Assembly: GCA_963662355.1 (NCBI GenBank)
Contig: OY759361.1
Coordinates: 226,942-290,941 of the forward strand
DNA length: 64,000 nucleotides
Source of the DNA: Gammaproteobacteria bacterium
GTDB taxonomy: Bacteria; Pseudomonadota; Gammaproteobacteria; UBA4575
Direction: 5' to 3'
Each line of letters opens with the position of its first letter. Positions within the stretch are counted from its first letter, which is position 1. The notes below the pieces were generated by a model. It was not told where the DNA came from and searched no databases. It saw nothing but the letters and a program-made list of their open reading frames with translations. Below are positions 1 to 11,127 of the stretch, piece by piece. A program made the position numbers and the translations under genes.

Positions 1-993
1 ACTACCACCGGTAAGCACCACACCTGCTCCAACCAAGTCGCTGAAGCCGCTTCGGCGCAACTCGGCAAGAACCAGCGAAAGCAATTCTTCATAACGTGGC
101 TCTACAATTTCAGCTAAAGTTTGACGGGACAGTCTTCTTGGCTCCCGACCGCCTGCACTTGGAACTTCTATCGTGTCATCAGGATTTGCAAGTTGTCGCA
201 ATGCGCATGCATATTCGATTTTTATTTCTTCGGCATGCTGTGTCGGAGTACGCATTGCAATTGCGATATCATTGGTTACCTGATCTCCTGCAATAGGAAT
301 CACGGCAGTATGCTTGATTGCACCATCAGTAAATATCGCCACATCCGTGGTACCTCCACCGATATCAACAAAGCAGATTCCCAGTTCTTTTTCATCTTCT
401 GTCAGTACCGCGCAACTCGATGCAAGCTGTTCCAGAATGATGTCATCAACTTTGAGTCCACATCGATGTACGCACTTGATGATGTTTTGTGCCGCACTGG
501 CTGCGCCTGTCACCAAATGAACCTTCGCTTCAAGGCGCACACCTGACATCCCGATAGGCTCACGGATCCCTTCCTGCTGGTCGATCACAAATTCCTGTGG
601 CATGACCTGAAACACTCTCTGATCAGCAGGAATGGCTACTGCCCGAGCGGCATCGATGACACGCTCAACATCTCCACTTGAAACCTCGCGATCCTTGATT
701 CCAACTATTCCATGCGAATTCATTCCACGAATATGACTGCCTGCAACTCCAGTGTATACAGAATAAATCTGGCACCCTGCCATCAATTCAGCCTCCTCGA
801 TCGAACGCCGGATGGATTGCACAGTGGACTCGATATTGACAACGACTCCCTTTTTCAACCCGCGCGAGGGTTGTGAACCGATACCTATGACCTCTATCTG
901 ACTGTCCTCGTTCACCTCGCCTACCACCGCGGCCACCTTGGAGGTTCCGATATCCAGCCCGACTATCATGTCTTTTTCTGCTTTGCGGTTCAT
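1..993 (-). CDS. ftsA: Cell division protein FtsA (3' end runs off the window start)
   Basis: Reverse translation from ATG at 993 gives MNRKAEKDMIVGLDIGTSKVAAVVGEVNEDSQIEVIGIGSQPSRGLKKGVVVNIE... The frame stays open to position 1. Actin-like FtsA N-terminus (DIGTSK phosphate loop). ATGA overlap with the ftsQ stop. Plus-strand ORFs listed here (121..546 etc.) are antisense artefacts. Confidence 0.85.
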   Translation of the reverse strand, partial: MNRKAEKDMIVGLDIGTSKVAAVVGEVNEDSQIEVIGIGSQPSRGLKKGVVVNIESTVQSIRRSIEEAELMAGCQIYSVYTGVAGSHIRGMNSHGIVGIKDREVSSGDVERVIDAARAVAIPADQRVFQVMPQEFVIDQQEGIREPIGMSGVRLEAKVHLVTGAASAAQNIIKCVHRCGLKVDDIILEQLASSCAVLTEDEKELGICFVDIGGGTTDVAIFTDGAIKHTAVIPIAGDQVTNDIAIAMRTPTQHAEEIKIEYACALRQLANPDDTIEVPSAGGREPRRLSRQTLAEIVEPRYEELLSLVLAELRRSGFSDLVGAGVVLTGGS

Positions 994-1796
994 AAGGTGC
1001 TTTCCTGCTCAACGTTGCCAGCCAGCTGCGGATCTTTCCATTCAACTGCCAGACCATTGGTATAACGAAGATCAATTTTTTTTACCTGCCTTACGTGAGA
1101 CGATAAATATTGCTCGTATGCAACGACGAATCGTGCAATCTTCATACTGACATTGCCATTCCCAACTACCAGTATGATTCCATTTGACAAGACCAAGCGC
1201 TTGGACTGGCGTTCATCTTCAAACAGCCCCTGCAACTGCAGACCCAGAGGCTCCAGCCGTTGTACGCTGTTATCGAATGCCAAGGCCAGCTCTGCAGCAC
1301 GGGCCTCATCTCCGTACAGCATGGGCAAGGTTGAGTAGCCCTCCATAGATTCGGGGAAAAAGAGCTCCCCGTAGGTATTCACGAGTCCTGATCTACCCCA
1401 GCGGGCCACAGGATTCTGCCCCTGCACCATGATCTCCAGGGTGTTTGGCCAGGACCTGTGTGCTTGTGCGCGATATATCCACGGAAGGTCTTCCAGTTCC
1501 TGTTCCAGCGTGGCCATGGAAATGCGGAAAAACCCTTTAGAGACGTGAGTGGTTACTATCTCTTTAAATGCTTTATGCTCTGCGGGCCGCAAATGGCCGT
1601 CGACAGTTACTTGCCTGATCTGTGGCCATGACAGTATGCCAACGGGATGGTTTTGAAAATAATGTGAAAAATAGCCCGCAACACCAAGTAACAACACGAT
1701 CAACAGTACGTCCCATGCGCTGCGTAACGAAAAGCACCCTGTCAGCATTCTCAATGCAGTTTGTTTATTCCGGATTTTTTGCTTTGTGTTACGCAT
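990..1796 (-). CDS. ftsQ: Cell division protein FtsQ (POTRA domain)
   Basis: 268 aa. N-terminal basic region then one TM (LLIVLLLGVAGYF), then POTRA-like region. Position between ddl and ftsA in the dcw cluster. Confidence 0.85.
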   Translation of the reverse strand: MRNTKQKIRNKQTALRMLTGCFSLRSAWDVLLIVLLLGVAGYFSHYFQNHPVGILSWPQIRQVTVDGHLRPAEHKAFKEIVTTHVSKGFFRISMATLEQELEDLPWIYRAQAHRSWPNTLEIMVQGQNPVARWGRSGLVNTYGELFFPESMEGYSTLPMLYGDEARAAELALAFDNSVQRLEPLGLQLQGLFEDERQSKRLVLSNGIILVVGNGNVSMKIARFVVAYEQYLSSHVRQVKKIDLRYTNGLAVEWKDPQLAGNVEQESTL

Positions 1797-2715
1797 GCTC
1801 GGAAAACGAAGTTTCGAGAATCCTGATCACCAAGTCATTAAAATTTATACCTTCAGCCTTAGCTGCCATAGGCACCAGACTGTGGTCAGTCATACCCGGT
1901 ACAGTATTGATTTCAAGAAACCATGGCTGATGATGTGAATCCAGCATCAAATCAATACGTCCCCAGCCTGTGGCAGCCGTAACCTTAAATGCCTGCAGTG
2001 CCTGTTCCTTGATACTTGTTTCCTGTGCTGCCGACAGTCCGCACGGACAATGATATCGAGTATCACTGGACTGATACTTTGCATCAAAATCGTAAAATGT
2101 CCGTGGTGTCTCCAGACGAATCATTGGCAATATTTGATCGGTAAGTACAGCCGCCGTATATTCCTGTCCGTCAATCCATTCCTCGGCAATTACAGTACCC
2201 TCAAGTTCTCGTGCATGTTCCCAGGCCGGGATAATTTCATCCTTGGCATTGACCTTTGTAATACCGATGCTCGAACCCTGTGATGCAGGCTTGAAAACCA
2301 TCGGTAAACCCAGTTCTTTCACCAGCGCATCAGGATCAAGGGCCTCCTTCAATGTCCTGAAAGCCGGAGTAGGAATTCCCTGCCCTGACCAGATTTGCTT
2401 GGTCATCCATTTGTTCATGCATACACTCGACGCCAGGACACCACAGCCACTGTACGGCATGCCAATCACATCCAGTCCACCCTGTATAGAACCATCCTCT
2501 CCAAGAAACCCATGCAGTGCGATGAAGGCGCGGTCAAATTTTTCCGCACGTAACCGTTGAAATACATCACCTGACACATCAATACCCGTTGCATCAACGT
2601 GCATTTCAGTCAAGGCATTCAGTACCGCTGTGCCACTTCTTAGTGAAATCTCACGCTCTGAAGAACTGCCTCCCATCAAAACCGCTACCTTGCCAAACCG
2701 GGCAACATCCATCAT
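1789..2715 (-). CDS. ddl: D-alanine--D-alanine ligase
   Basis: 308 aa. KVAVLMGGSSSEREISLRSG N-terminus and ATP-grasp body typical of Ddl. dcw synteny. Confidence 0.9.
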   Translation of the reverse strand: MMDVARFGKVAVLMGGSSSEREISLRSGTAVLNALTEMHVDATGIDVSGDVFQRLRAEKFDRAFIALHGFLGEDGSIQGGLDVIGMPYSGCGVLASSVCMNKWMTKQIWSGQGIPTPAFRTLKEALDPDALVKELGLPMVFKPASQGSSIGITKVNAKDEIIPAWEHARELEGTVIAEEWIDGQEYTAAVLTDQILPMIRLETPRTFYDFDAKYQSSDTRYHCPCGLSAAQETSIKEQALQAFKVTAATGWGRIDLMLDSHHQPWFLEINTVPGMTDHSLVPMAAKAEGINFNDLVIRILETSFSEHA

Positions 2716-3587
2716 GCAGCCTCTCCTATAATCTTCACTTCAGGTACCAGCGCAATGCCGCATTCATGTTTCACGGTTTCATGCACTTCCCATATCAACT
2801 CTTCAATATCCTTTGCCGTTGCATGCCCCTTGTTGACAATAAAATTTGCATGTTTTTCCGAAACCCTGGCTCCTCCCTTGCACACACCTTTAAGGTTGCA
2901 CCTTTCAATTAATCTGGCTGCAAAATCATTTTCTGGATTTCTGAATACAGAACCGCAGCTCTGATGCCCCACTGGCTGAGATGCATTGCGTCTGTCCAGT
3001 AACCCACGAATCGTCTCTCTTGTCTGCGCACCATTCCCTGCCGCAAATTCGAATAGGGCTCGCGTGAACCACTCTTCCCTGGGCATGTGAACCATACGAT
3101 ACTCTGGCTGGAATTCTTTTGGGTAACGTATACGTAGCCTGCCACGACGATCTACTGTTTCAACAGTTGCAACAAACTCCCATGTTTCATTTCCATAGGC
3201 ACCCGAGTTCATGGCCAGTGCACCGCCAACCGTGCCGGGTATGCCTGCCAAAAATTCTGCACCCTGCAATTCCTGGTCTGCGCAAAATCGCGCAAGCTTT
3301 GCACATGTCACACCTGCTTCGGCTCGAATCATGCCGGACCCTGAGATCTCCATCTGACCCAAACAGCCGTGCAATAAAATAACTGCGCCACGTATTCCTC
3401 CATCACGCACCAAAACATTCGTACCACCACCCAGCCAGACTACCGGGACATCACCGTCCAGTGTCATTAGAAAATTTCTTACATCCTCTAAATCTGCAGG
3501 TCGATACAAAACATCGGCCACACCTCCCACCTTCCAACTGGTGAACCGAGCCAGTGAAACATTATTTTCTAGTGTCCCGCGCAACAT
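2712..3587 (-). CDS. murB: UDP-N-acetylenolpyruvoylglucosamine reductase
   Basis: 291 aa. FAD-binding motif region ...WKVGGVADVLYRPADLEDV...VVWLGGGTNVLVRDGG. Overlaps the ddl start. Confidence 0.9.
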   Translation of the reverse strand: MLRGTLENNVSLARFTSWKVGGVADVLYRPADLEDVRNFLMTLDGDVPVVWLGGGTNVLVRDGGIRGAVILLHGCLGQMEISGSGMIRAEAGVTCAKLARFCADQELQGAEFLAGIPGTVGGALAMNSGAYGNETWEFVATVETVDRRGRLRIRYPKEFQPEYRMVHMPREEWFTRALFEFAAGNGAQTRETIRGLLDRRNASQPVGHQSCGSVFRNPENDFAARLIERCNLKGVCKGGARVSEKHANFIVNKGHATAKDIEELIWEVHETVKHECGIALVPEVKIIGEAA

Positions 3588-3605
3588 TTCTTACTGCTTC
3601 CATCT

Positions 3606-5024
3606 TCAGTGCGTTACAAAAGTTTCATGCAAACGCTGTGCGAAATTGCCTATGCTACCTGCACCCAGAGTAAGCAAAACATCCCCTTCGTTTACAACAT
3701 GTTCCAGCGTGGACTGAATTTCGGAATAATTTTTGACCAGTATCGGGTCAAGCTTGCCCCGTGCACGTAAAGCCCGACTCAGTGCCAAACTGTCAGCCCC
3801 TGCAATCGGGTCTTCATTTGCCGCATACACTTCACAGAGCATCAGCACATCGGCCTCATTTAGCACACGCACAAAATCGTCGAACAGGTCTCTGGTACGG
3901 GAATAGCGATGCGGCTGGAACAACACGATCAGCCTTCGTTCTGGCCACGCATCACGCACGGTGGTCATCGTGGCAATTATTTCAGCAGGATGGTGGCCAT
4001 AATCATCAACCAGCTGAACATGTTTGCTGTTGATACAAATCTCCGGATAGATCTGAAAACGCCGTGCAATGCCTTGAAAGTGTTCAAATGCCGACTGTAT
4101 GCAACTTTCCTTGACATCAAGATGTAAAGCAATGATTGCCGCGGCTACTGCATTCAAGACATTGTGAGCACCCAGCAAATTCAAAACAAACCGGACTGGA
4201 GATAATTTGCCCGGACGAGACAAAACAAATGTTGTCTGGGTCCCTGATTTTGCTACCTCAGCAACCCGATAATCTGCATCGGTTGAAAATCCGTATGTGG
4301 TATACGGCCTTGAAATGCTTGGCAACAGGTGAGAAACAGTCTCATCATCAATGCACAAAACTGCAATGCCGTAAAATGGCAAATGGTGGATGAACTGCAA
4401 AAATGCATCCTGCAATGCATTGAAGTCACCACCATAGGCAGACAAATGATCTGAATCTATATTGGTTACCACCGACATTATCGGCTGCAAATACAAAAAC
4501 GAAGAATCGCTTTCATCTGCCTCGGCTACAAGATACTGTCCTCCCCCAAGTTTTGAATGACTTCCAAAGCTGTTTACACGGCCCCCGATGATAAAAGTCG
4601 GATCCAAATCTGCATGTGCGAGAACCGATGCAATAAGACTCGTGGTTGTAGTCTTGCCGTGTGTACCGGCAACCGCAATGCCATAGCGAAAACGCATCAG
4701 CTCAGCCAGCATTTCAGCACGCGGAACAACCGGTATACGCCTTTTGCGGGCAGCCATGATTTCCGGATTATCGTCTCCCACCGCACTCGACATCACTACC
4801 ACATCTGCATCCCTGATGTTGCTGATATCATGCTGCGTGTAAATGGTCGCGCCCAACTTTGACAGACGTTGAGTAATAGCATTTTCCTGCATATCAGAGC
4901 CATGTACCTGATAACCCAGATTAACCATTACCTCAGCAATACCGCCCATGCCGGAACCACCAATGCCAACAAAATGCACATGTTTGATTTTCCGGGTTGC
5001 AAAATGCCCAATATTAAACGTCAT
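3606..5024 (-). CDS. murC: UDP-N-acetylmuramate--L-alanine ligase
   Basis: 472 aa. HFVGIGGSGMGGIAEV N-terminus and Mur ligase P-loop GTHGKTTTTS. Confidence 0.9.
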   Translation of the reverse strand: MTFNIGHFATRKIKHVHFVGIGGSGMGGIAEVMVNLGYQVHGSDMQENAITQRLSKLGATIYTQHDISNIRDADVVVMSSAVGDDNPEIMAARKRRIPVVPRAEMLAELMRFRYGIAVAGTHGKTTTTSLIASVLAHADLDPTFIIGGRVNSFGSHSKLGGGQYLVAEADESDSSFLYLQPIMSVVTNIDSDHLSAYGGDFNALQDAFLQFIHHLPFYGIAVLCIDDETVSHLLPSISRPYTTYGFSTDADYRVAEVAKSGTQTTFVLSRPGKLSPVRFVLNLLGAHNVLNAVAAAIIALHLDVKESCIQSAFEHFQGIARRFQIYPEICINSKHVQLVDDYGHHPAEIIATMTTVRDAWPERRLIVLFQPHRYSRTRDLFDDFVRVLNEADVLMLCEVYAANEDPIAGADSLALSRALRARGKLDPILVKNYSEIQSTLEHVVNEGDVLLTLGAGSIGNFAQRLHETFVTH

Positions 5025-5028
5025 GACT

Positions 5029-6147
5029 TCAAATCTTTGCTAAGTTTTCACTGTTGTCACTTTTCCCTAAACAAACTTGCATGCAAATTCTTGCTACATC
5101 ATCGGCCGCCTGAGGTTTGGCAAATTTTCGGATTGCTAATGCAATGCCCTTGATTTTCGAACGATGTGCATTCACATCACGCAACAACCTGACCAGAGCT
5201 GATGCATTGAACTCACGTTCCTGAATCAGAAAAGCCGCACCAGCCTTGACCAGTGCAGCCGCATTGGCTGTTTGGTGGTCATCCACTGCATAGGGATACG
5301 GGACAAAAATTGCACCAACTCCTGCCATGGCAAGTTCAGCGACAGTGATGGCGCCTGCACGACATATGACAAGATCTGCCCATGCATAGGCATCGTGCAT
5401 CGCATCGATAAATGCATCCACGCGAGCTTCAACACCATGGTCATCATATTGCTGCTGCGTAAACTCAAGCTTACTCTCACCCGTCTGATGCCAGACTTCG
5501 GGGCGTTCTTTAGGGGTAAGCTGTGCCAGTGCAGAAGGGATCATCTGGTTAAAAACGTGAGCCCCCAGACTACCACCCACAACAAGCACTCGAAGTGGTC
5601 TATTGTCAGGCTCGGCAACGGGATATTCCCGCCTGCCTAGTGAGATTTCCATACGTACCGGGTTGCCCACTACTTCGACATTCCTGTGCACAATTGTGCT
5701 CGGGAATCCGGTCAGAACACATTTTGCAAATGGGGCGAGTATACGATTTGTCAGGCCTGAAATAGCATTCTGCTCATGAATGATCAAGGGCCGCCGAAAC
5801 AAGGCAGCTACCAAACCACCTGATCCAGAAACAAATCCACCCATACCTAGAACAGCACAGGGACGATGCTTAAGCATCAGCCATATGGTTTGCAGCCCGG
5901 CAAATCCCAGCTTTATGGGTGCTAACAGGTACGTCAGCATATCCTTACCGCGAAGGCCGCCAATAATGATTTTTTCAAATTGGTACCCTGTACTGGCCAA
6001 CACTTTTGATTCAATCCCTTTTTTCGTACCCACCCAGACTATCGGTATTCCCTGTTGTTCAATTTTTTTTGCAACGGCCAGTGCAGGGAATACATGCCCC
6101 CCCGTACCACCGGCAAAAATCATGATTGGAGGGCATACGGGTTTCAT
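5029..6147 (-). CDS. murG: UDP-GlcNAc:undecaprenyl-PP-MurNAc-pentapeptide GlcNAc transferase
   Basis: GT28 family. MIFAGGTGGHVFPALAVA N-terminal motif. Start placed at MKPV (6147), which gives an ATGA overlap with the ftsW stop. The track ORF extends in frame to 6231. Confidence 0.85.
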   Translation of the reverse strand: MKPVCPPIMIFAGGTGGHVFPALAVAKKIEQQGIPIVWVGTKKGIESKVLASTGYQFEKIIIGGLRGKDMLTYLLAPIKLGFAGLQTIWLMLKHRPCAVLGMGGFVSGSGGLVAALFRRPLIIHEQNAISGLTNRILAPFAKCVLTGFPSTIVHRNVEVVGNPVRMEISLGRREYPVAEPDNRPLRVLVVGGSLGAHVFNQMIPSALAQLTPKERPEVWHQTGESKLEFTQQQYDDHGVEARVDAFIDAMHDAYAWADLVICRAGAITVAELAMAGVGAIFVPYPYAVDDHQTANAAALVKAGAAFLIQEREFNASALVRLLRDVNAHRSKIKGIALAIRKFAKPQAADDVARICMQVCLGKSDNSENLAKI

Positions 6148-7334
6148 GAATCTGTAAATCCCTGTCGGCTTGCTGACTTTTCCGCTACTCCCTCTATGTA
6201 CACGCGCGTCACCAGACCGATTGCCATACACACTACCAGCAGGCTGCTACCACCCGCACTGATAAGCGGCAATGTAAGTCCTTTTGTAGGCAATACACCC
6301 ATGTTCACACCTATGTTGATGAATGCCTGCAGCCCTAGCCAGATCCCTACCCCGTAGCAAATTTGTGCACCGAACTTCATGCCTTTCTCTTCGACCTGCT
6401 TCCCAATCACAAAACACCTGTAAATCAGAACCAGAAACAGGAGCAGGACCACAGTGACACCAATCAGCCCCAATTCTTCTGCGATCACGGCAAATACAAA
6501 ATCGTTATGGGCTTTAGGCAAATAAAACAATTTCTGTACGCTTGCACCAAGGCCTAAACCTGTCCACGAACCGCTGCCGATCGCGATGAGTGATTGCGTG
6601 AGTTGAAAGCCCGAGCCAAACGGATCAGACCAGGGATTGAGAAATGCAGTCAGACGTTCCATACGATAAGGGGAAGAAACCGCAACCACTGCCATGGAAG
6701 CTGTAGATGCAATAAACAGAATCAAGAAATTCCAGACTTTGGCACCTGCCAGAAAAAACATACCCAGCGCAGTCACCAGCAAAACGATGGCAGCACCGAA
6801 GTCCGGTTCCAGCAGCAACAAGGTGAACAGTACAATCAGGACCAGCATGGGTTTAATAAACCCGGCAAACGACTCAATGACCTGCCTTCCATGCTTAACC
6901 AGATAGCCAGCAAGGTAGATGATTAGCAATAGCTTTACGATTTCAGATACCTGCAACCCGAATGGCCCCAGAATCAACCACCTCGTGCTCCCGTGTACAG
7001 TACGACCCACGCCTGGTACCAGAACGAGCACCAGAAGGGCAATCATCAGGAAAAGCAGCACCACACTGAAGCTTTCCCAGTACGCCAGTCGGATCCTCGT
7101 GAACACAAAACCTGCCAGCACCCCGAGCGCAGCGAAGATTGCCTGGCGTTTAAAATAATAAAGCGGGTCTCCTGTTGCACGATCTGCAATTTCCACTGAA
7201 GAAGATGCCACCATCACCAAACCGATACCCAACAACAGCATGGCCGACATGACAAGCGTTACATCGCAGAATTTATATAACTTGATGTCCAGGCTAGCAT
7301 GCAATCCTCGGGTAGCCTGTCTTGATAAATTCAT
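6144..7334 (-). CDS. ftsW: Peptidoglycan glycosyltransferase FtsW (SEDS family)
   Basis: Multi-TM SEDS protein. The internal start at MNLSRQ (7334) gives an ATGA overlap with the murD stop. The track ORF runs to 7355. Confidence 0.85.
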   Translation of the reverse strand: MNLSRQATRGLHASLDIKLYKFCDVTLVMSAMLLLGIGLVMVASSSVEIADRATGDPLYYFKRQAIFAALGVLAGFVFTRIRLAYWESFSVVLLFLMIALLVLVLVPGVGRTVHGSTRWLILGPFGLQVSEIVKLLLIIYLAGYLVKHGRQVIESFAGFIKPMLVLIVLFTLLLLEPDFGAAIVLLVTALGMFFLAGAKVWNFLILFIASTASMAVVAVSSPYRMERLTAFLNPWSDPFGSGFQLTQSLIAIGSGSWTGLGLGASVQKLFYLPKAHNDFVFAVIAEELGLIGVTVVLLLFLVLIYRCFVIGKQVEEKGMKFGAQICYGVGIWLGLQAFINIGVNMGVLPTKGLTLPLISAGGSSLLVVCMAIGLVTRVYIEGVAEKSASRQGFTDS

Positions 7335-8662
7335 TTGGCAAGCTCCCTGACACAACTTTCAAAATCCTTGCCCCGTTCACTGTAATCCTCATACATATCA
7401 AAACTTGAGCAAGCGGGTGATAACAGCACCTTGTCTCCTGCGACAGAGAGATGCTGTGCCCGAATTACAGCATCACGCATAGAGTCTACAGAATGAATCT
7501 GTGTCGCACCGTGTAAGGCTTCCTGCAATAAATCCGCATCCTGGCCCAATAAAATTACATGTTTCGCATGCTTGGCAACGGCGGCACGAAAATGATCCAG
7601 ATTTCCACCTTTGAAAACACCGCCAGCCAGCAGCACAATATTGCTTTTCAGACTCCTTAATGAAGTAACTGTAGCCCCAATATTGGTCCCTTTTGAATCG
7701 TTGTACCAAGCTACTCCCTGAAATTTTCCTACCCATGAAAGGCGATGTGGCAACCCTTTGAAACTCGCTAGGGTTAACAGCATTTTCTCCATAGACAAAC
7801 CCAGTACATCACCTATTGCCAACGCGGCAAGTGCATTCAGGATTCCGGATTCACCCTGTATCGCAAGTTCATTTGCCGGAAACAAGCACTGATCATTTTT
7901 TGCAAGGAATGCACGCGAGCCCTGGTGCAGCAATCCGAACCCCTGCCCTACAGGAGGACCCATGCCAAATTCTGTGACAACTCCGGAGGTTTTCATTTTT
8001 GTAACATACTTGTCATCCCGGTTTATGACACTGCAGGCTGCATGACTGTATATTTTTGCCTTGATGCCCGAATAACGCTCTATAGTTTCATGCCGGTCCA
8101 TGTGATCTGCAGATACATTCAGTACAGTACTGACACGAGTCCTTAGCAACCGGGTGGATTCAAGCTGAAAACTTGACAGTTCCAGGACAAACAGTTCGGC
8201 ATCATCACATTCAAGAATCTCCAGTGCAGGTCTGCCTATGTTGCCCCCTGCATACGCCTGTACTCCGGTAGCACATGCCATATCGGTTACCAATTGAGTA
8301 ACTGTGCTTTTACCATTTGAACCTGTTATAGCTACGACCGGTATATGATTGGCGTTGGCAAACAATTCGATATCCCCATAGCATTCCGCACCATGCGCTA
8401 CAGCTGACTGGATGGCCGGGTCTCTAGTATCAACGCCAGGGCTGACTATGATCTGCTTGGCATCGACAAATAGTTCCTCGGATAAAGCTCCTGAAAAGAC
8501 ACGGGTTTCCGGAAACTCCTGCCTGAATGCTCCCAGCCCGGATGGATTATCCCGAGTATCTGCCACAATGAAGGGCATGCCCCGGCTGCAAAAGTGACGC
8601 GCAACCGAAACTCCAGTCTTTCCAAGCCCGATAATGACTCGTTCATGGTTTCTGTCAGTCAT
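7331..8662 (-). CDS. murD: UDP-N-acetylmuramoylalanine--D-glutamate ligase
   Basis: VIIGLGKTGVS N-terminus aligns with E. coli MurD NVVIIGLGLTG. Mur ligase motif GSNGKSTVT. Start chosen at MTDRNHERV. The in-frame ATG at 8686 is also possible. Confidence 0.85.
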   Translation of the reverse strand: MTDRNHERVIIGLGKTGVSVARHFCSRGMPFIVADTRDNPSGLGAFRQEFPETRVFSGALSEELFVDAKQIIVSPGVDTRDPAIQSAVAHGAECYGDIELFANANHIPVVAITGSNGKSTVTQLVTDMACATGVQAYAGGNIGRPALEILECDDAELFVLELSSFQLESTRLLRTRVSTVLNVSADHMDRHETIERYSGIKAKIYSHAACSVINRDDKYVTKMKTSGVVTEFGMGPPVGQGFGLLHQGSRAFLAKNDQCLFPANELAIQGESGILNALAALAIGDVLGLSMEKMLLTLASFKGLPHRLSWVGKFQGVAWYNDSKGTNIGATVTSLRSLKSNIVLLAGGVFKGGNLDHFRAAVAKHAKHVILLGQDADLLQEALHGATQIHSVDSMRDAVIRAQHLSVAGDKVLLSPACSSFDMYEDYSERGKDFESCVRELAK

Positions 8663-8690
8663 CTGTTTTTGCAGAACAGGTCCCATAGCA

Positions 8691-9773
8691 TTACCGGATT
8701 TTTAACGTTGCTAGACTGATTAGCACCAGAACAAAAGTGATTATCCAGCAGCGTACGATTACCTTAGGTTCAGGCCAGCCTCTGAGCTCAAAGTGATGAT
8801 GCAGAGGTGCCATTTGAAAAATTCTTTTACCTGTAAACTTGAAAGACGTTACTTGAATTATTACGGAAACTGTTTCCACCACAAAAATACCACCCACTAT
8901 CATCAAGACAATTTCCTGACGGACCAGTACTGCAAGCAAACCCACCGCCGCACCCAGTGCAAGTGCACCCACATCACCCATGAATACTTGTGCAGGATAG
9001 GCGTTGAACCAGAGAAACCCTAGACCTGCGCCTACGATTGAACCGCAAAATACCACCAGTTCCGCTGTAAGTGGCAAATACGGAATTGCGAGGTAACTCG
9101 CAAAATTCAAATTGCCACTTACATAAGCAAATATGCCAAGGGTGCCAGCTACCATTACTACCGGCATGATTGCCAAACCATCCAAGCCATCAGTAAGGTT
9201 CACCGCATTGCTGGAACCAACAACAACTATGTATGTGAGCAACACAAACCAGGTGCCCAAAGGAATGACTACATTTTTAAAAAACGGGACATACAAAGTA
9301 TATTCAACGGAACTGTCGGCTGTATAAAACAAGAGTAGCGCAACACTGATTCCTATAACCGACTGCCAAAAATACTTGCTCTTTGCAGAAAGACCCTTAC
9401 TCGATTCACCCAGCAATTTCTTGATGTCATCGACTGCACCTATCAAACCAAACAACATTGTTGTGACCAACACAAACCAGACGTAACGATTGGTCATATC
9501 GCTCCATAAAATTGTACTCGCGAAGATTGCCAGTAACAGGAAAACCCCGCCCATGGTCGGTGTGCCTGCTTTATCAAGATGCGATTTCGGCCCGTCATCC
9601 CGGACATTCTGGTTTACACGGTAATCACCCAGTTTACGTATTATAAATGGCCCTGTTGCCAGACAAATGATCAATGCTGTAAGCACAGCCAGAATCGAAC
9701 GCAGCGTTAGGTACTGGAAGACATTAAACCCAGAATGAAAACTCTCAAAATATTCAAATAATTCAAGCAGCAT
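8691..9773 (-). CDS. mraY: Phospho-N-acetylmuramoyl-pentapeptide transferase
   Basis: 360 aa, about 10 TM. Conserved DD...[10 protein letters not shown] motif region. Confidence 0.9.
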   Translation of the reverse strand: MLLELFEYFESFHSGFNVFQYLTLRSILAVLTALIICLATGPFIIRKLGDYRVNQNVRDDGPKSHLDKAGTPTMGGVFLLLAIFASTILWSDMTNRYVWFVLVTTMLFGLIGAVDDIKKLLGESSKGLSAKSKYFWQSVIGISVALLLFYTADSSVEYTLYVPFFKNVVIPLGTWFVLLTYIVVVGSSNAVNLTDGLDGLAIMPVVMVAGTLGIFAYVSGNLNFASYLAIPYLPLTAELVVFCGSIVGAGLGFLWFNAYPAQVFMGDVGALALGAAVGLLAVLVRQEIVLMIVGGIFVVETVSVIIQVTSFKFTGKRIFQMAPLHHHFELRGWPEPKVIVRCWIITFVLVLISLATLKIR

Positions 9774-11127
9774 GTTCTGTACAAACGCCTTTTAAGTCTG
9801 TCTTGACACGGATGCCCTCCACAACTTTTTCCAGATGCATGGCGCGGGAGCCTTTTACCAGCACGCAAACTTGTTCATGCAAATCATGCTGTAAACTCTC
9901 TATCACTGCAGAATGACCTGAGAAATGTTCTGCACCATTGCCAAAAGCCTCAACAGCATGAATCACCAGTTCGCCCACTCCCAGTAGTCGCACAACCCCT
10001 GATTTCCTAGCCATGATGCCGGCTTTCTTATGGAGGGCAATACTTTCAACACCCAGTTCGCCCATATCTCCCAGCACGAGCCAGCGTATGCCTGGCTCTC
10101 GCGCCTGCACATCCAGAGCAACGGACAACGAAGCCGGGTTGGCGTTGTAGGTATCATCCAGCACACATGCACCACGAATGCCTTCAAGCTTCATCAGTCT
10201 GCCTGGTACAGGCTGGGTAGATTCAATTCCGGCACGAATGTTTTCAAGTCCAATTCCGAGACCTGTGCACACGGCCGTGGCGGCAAGTGCATTGTATATG
10301 GCGTGTTCTCCAGGCACCTGGACTTTTGCTTGTATTTCGCCTTTAGGAGTACTGATTCTGACCAGGTTCAGATCGACTGTTTCAGCAGTAACATCCGCAT
10401 TCTGCCGGATGCCAAATGAAATTTGTGCACGCTCACCGATATCTTTTTTCCAAAGGGGACGGTACGGCTCATCCGCATTGACCACAGCGATACCTTGCGG
10501 ATTCATAAAACGGTACAACTCGGCTTTAGCACGTGCCACACCCTCCAACGAGCCAAACCCCTCAAGATGTGCCGGCCCGATATTATGAACTACGCCTATA
10601 TCAGGGTTTGCAATCTGTGCAAGGCCTGCAATTTCACCTGCATGGTTGGCACCCATTTCAATCACGGCAAATCGGTGGCGCTCATTCAAGCCTAGCAATG
10701 TAAGTGGCACACCGATATGGTTGTTTAGATTTCCCTTGGTAGCGAGTACTTCTCCCTGCGTACTCAGAATTTGCCTGATTAATTCTTTGACAGAGGTCTT
10801 CCCGTTAGAACCAGTAACACCTACAACGGGCATATTGAATTTTTCACGCCATACCTTAGCCAGATTGTGTAGGGCCACATAGGTATTGCGTACAATAATT
10901 TGCGGACCTGCAATATCCAATTCACGTTCTACCATAACGGCGCCTGCATGCTTCGCTTCCCCGGCAACTATAAGCTCATGCGGATCAAACCTTTCGCCCA
11001 CCAAGGCCACAAACAAATTGCCTTGCTGCAGGTCTCTTGTGTCTGTGGAAAGACCAAGCACAACCCTGTCATCACCGATCAGTTGGCCCTTCGTAATCTG
11101 TGCGATCTCGGAAAGTATAAATTTCAT
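9763..11127 (-). CDS. murF: UDP-MurNAc-tripeptide--D-alanyl-D-alanine ligase
   Basis: 454 aa. Mur ligase P-loop [14 protein letters not shown]. Confidence 0.9.
   Translation of the reverse strand: MKFILSEIAQITKGQLIGDDRVVLGLSTDTRDLQQGNLFVALVGERFDPHELIVAGEAKHAGAVMVERELDIAGPQIIVRNTYVALHNLAKVWREKFNMPVVGVTGSNGKTSVKELIRQILSTQGEVLATKGNLNNHIGVPLTLLGLNERHRFAVIEMGANHAGEIAGLAQIANPDIGVVHNIGPAHLEGFGSLEGVARAKAELYRFMNPQGIAVVNADEPYRPLWKKDIGERAQISFGIRQNADVTAETVDLNLVRISTPKGEIQAKVQVPGEHAIYNALAATAVCTGLGIGLENIRAGIESTQPVPGRLMKLEGIRGACVLDDTYNANPASLSVALDVQAREPGIRWLVLGDMGELGVESIALHKKAGIMARKSGVVRLLGVGELVIHAVEAFGNGAEHFSGHSAVIESLQHDLHEQVCVLVKGSRAMHLEKVVEGIRVKTDLKGVCTEHAA

Noticed and set aside
121-546. Plus-strand ORFs of 141, 68 and 66 aa at the window start
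   Set aside because: Antisense to ftsA, whose minus-strand translation is unmistakable.
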